Below are positions 62,401 through 64,000 of a stretch of DNA of 64,000 bases, piece by piece. The DNA lies in assembly GCA_030390025.1 (NCBI GenBank), contig CM059432.1, positions 144,090,001 through 144,154,000 of the forward strand. The letters are read 5' to 3'. Position 1 is the first letter of the stretch; each line of letters starts with the position of its first letter. The DNA comes from Squalus acanthias. Taxonomy: Eukaryota. Made by a program: the position numbers and the translations under genes. The notes under the pieces were generated by a model. That model was not told the origin of the DNA. It ran no database searches and saw nothing but the letters and a program-made list of their open reading frames with translations.

Positions 62401-64000
62401 GTTATACACCCCGCCCGTTACACACCCGCCCGTTATACACCCCTCCCGTTATACACCCACCCTTTATACACCCGCCCGTTATACACCCGCCCGTTATACA
62501 CCCTGCCCGTTACACACCCAGCCTGTTATACACCCGCCCGTTATACACTCACCCGTCACACACCCAGCCTGTTATACACCCCGCCCGTTATACACCCACC
62601 AATTATACACCCAGCCTGTTATACACCCAGCCTGTTAACAACCCGCCCGTTATACACCCAGCCTGTTATACACCCGCCCGTTATACACTCACCCGACACA
62701 CACCCAGCCTGTTATACACCCCGCCCGTTATACACCCGCCAATTATACACCCAGCCTGTTATACACCCAGCCTGTTAACAACCCGCCCGTTATACACCCA
62801 GCCTGTTATACACCCGCCCGTTATACACCCAGCGTGTTATACACCCAGCCTGTTATACACCCGCCCGTTATACACCCAGCCTGTTATACACCCAGCCTGT
62901 TATACACCCGCCCGTTATACACCCGCCCGTTACACACCCAGCCTGTTATACACCCGCCTGTTATACACCCGCCCGCTACACACCCAGCCTGTTATACACC
63001 CGCCCGTTATACACCTGCCTGTTACACACCCAGCCTGTTATACACCCGCCCGTTACACACCCAGTCTGTTATACACCCACCCGTTATACACCCGCCTGTT
63101 ACACACCCAGCCTGTTATACACCCGCCCGTTACACACCCAGCCCGTTATACACCCCGCCTGTTATACACCCCGTCCATTATACACCCAGTCTGTTATACA
63201 CCCGCCCGTTATACACCCCGCTCGCTATACACCCCGTCCTTTATACGCACCGCCCGTTATTCACCCCGCTCGTTATACACCCGCCCGTTATACACCCCGC
63301 TCGTTATACACCCCGCCTGTTATACACCCCGACCAATATACACCCGCCTGTAATACACCTGCCCGTTATACACCAGCCCGTTATACACCCACCTGTTATA
63401 CACCCGCCCGTTATACACCCCGACCGATATACACCCGCCCGTTATACACCCGCCCGTTATACACCCCGCCCGTTATACACCCGCCCGTTATACACCCGCC
63501 CGTTATACACCCCGCCCGTTATACACCCCGCCCGTTATACACCCCGCCCGTTATACACCCGCCCGTTATACACCCGCCCGTTATACACCCGCCCGTTATA
63601 CACCCAGCCTGTTATACACCCGCCCGTTATACACCCAGCGTGTTATACACCCAGCCTGTTATACACCCGCCCGTTATACACCCAGCCTGTTATACACCCA
63701 GCCTGTTATACACCCAGCCTGTTATACACCCGCCCGTTATACACCCGCCCGTTACACACCCAGCCTGTTATACACCCGCCTGTTATACACCCGCCCGCTA
63801 CACACCCAGCCTGTTATACACCCGCCCGTTATACACCTGCCTGTTACACACCCAGCCTGTTATACACCCGCCCGTTACACACCCAGTCTGTTATACACCC
63901 ACCCGTTATACACCCGCCTGTTACACACCCAGCCTGTTAAACACCCGCCCGTTACACACCCAGCCCATTATACACCCCGCCTGTTATACACCCCGTCCAT
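59458..64000. repeat. Satellite, 15/16-bp units (TTATACACCCGCCCG / TTATACACCCAGCCTG), >4.5 kb, runs off the window
   Basis: Continuous tandem array with higher-order block duplications. Confidence 0.98.

Noticed and set aside
59316..63940. Pro/Tyr/His-rich ORFs resembling extensins or adhesive proteins
   Set aside because: Translations of a satellite whose 15/16-bp units shift frame constantly

Overview
Vertebrate nuclear DNA, very likely a cartilaginous fish: it carries HE1-like V-SINEs, DeuSINE-like SINEs and abundant CR1 and L2 LINEs. I can support no host protein-coding exon, RNA gene or CRISPR array, so the window reads as intronic or intergenic. Content: many 5'-truncated CR1, L2 and CR1-group LINE fragments (one with an intact RT core), an RTE fragment, a decayed Penelope-like fragment, three SINE families, several non-autonomous DNA transposons with 3-bp target-site duplications (PIF/Harbinger-like), five minisatellite/satellite arrays, two CT-rich microsatellites and a 500-N gap. 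All long ORFs in the track are stop-free tandem repeats or retroelement remnants. The most notable signals are: (1) a CpG-rich Harbinger-like family in three ~0.9-kb copies plus a relative, with boundaries confirmed because removing two adjacent elements restores a CR1 reading frame; (2) two 33-bp minisatellites expanded from a hairpin inside the same SINE family; (3) a 15/16-bp satellite that appears to start inside a MITE; (4) kilobase-scale higher-order duplications in the satellites; (5) a HE1/CR1 chimeric insertion and an 81-bp inverted local duplication at a CR1 5' junction. I found no convincing new protein-based system. Family names come from motif recognition, not database searches, and most retroelement boundaries are approximate.
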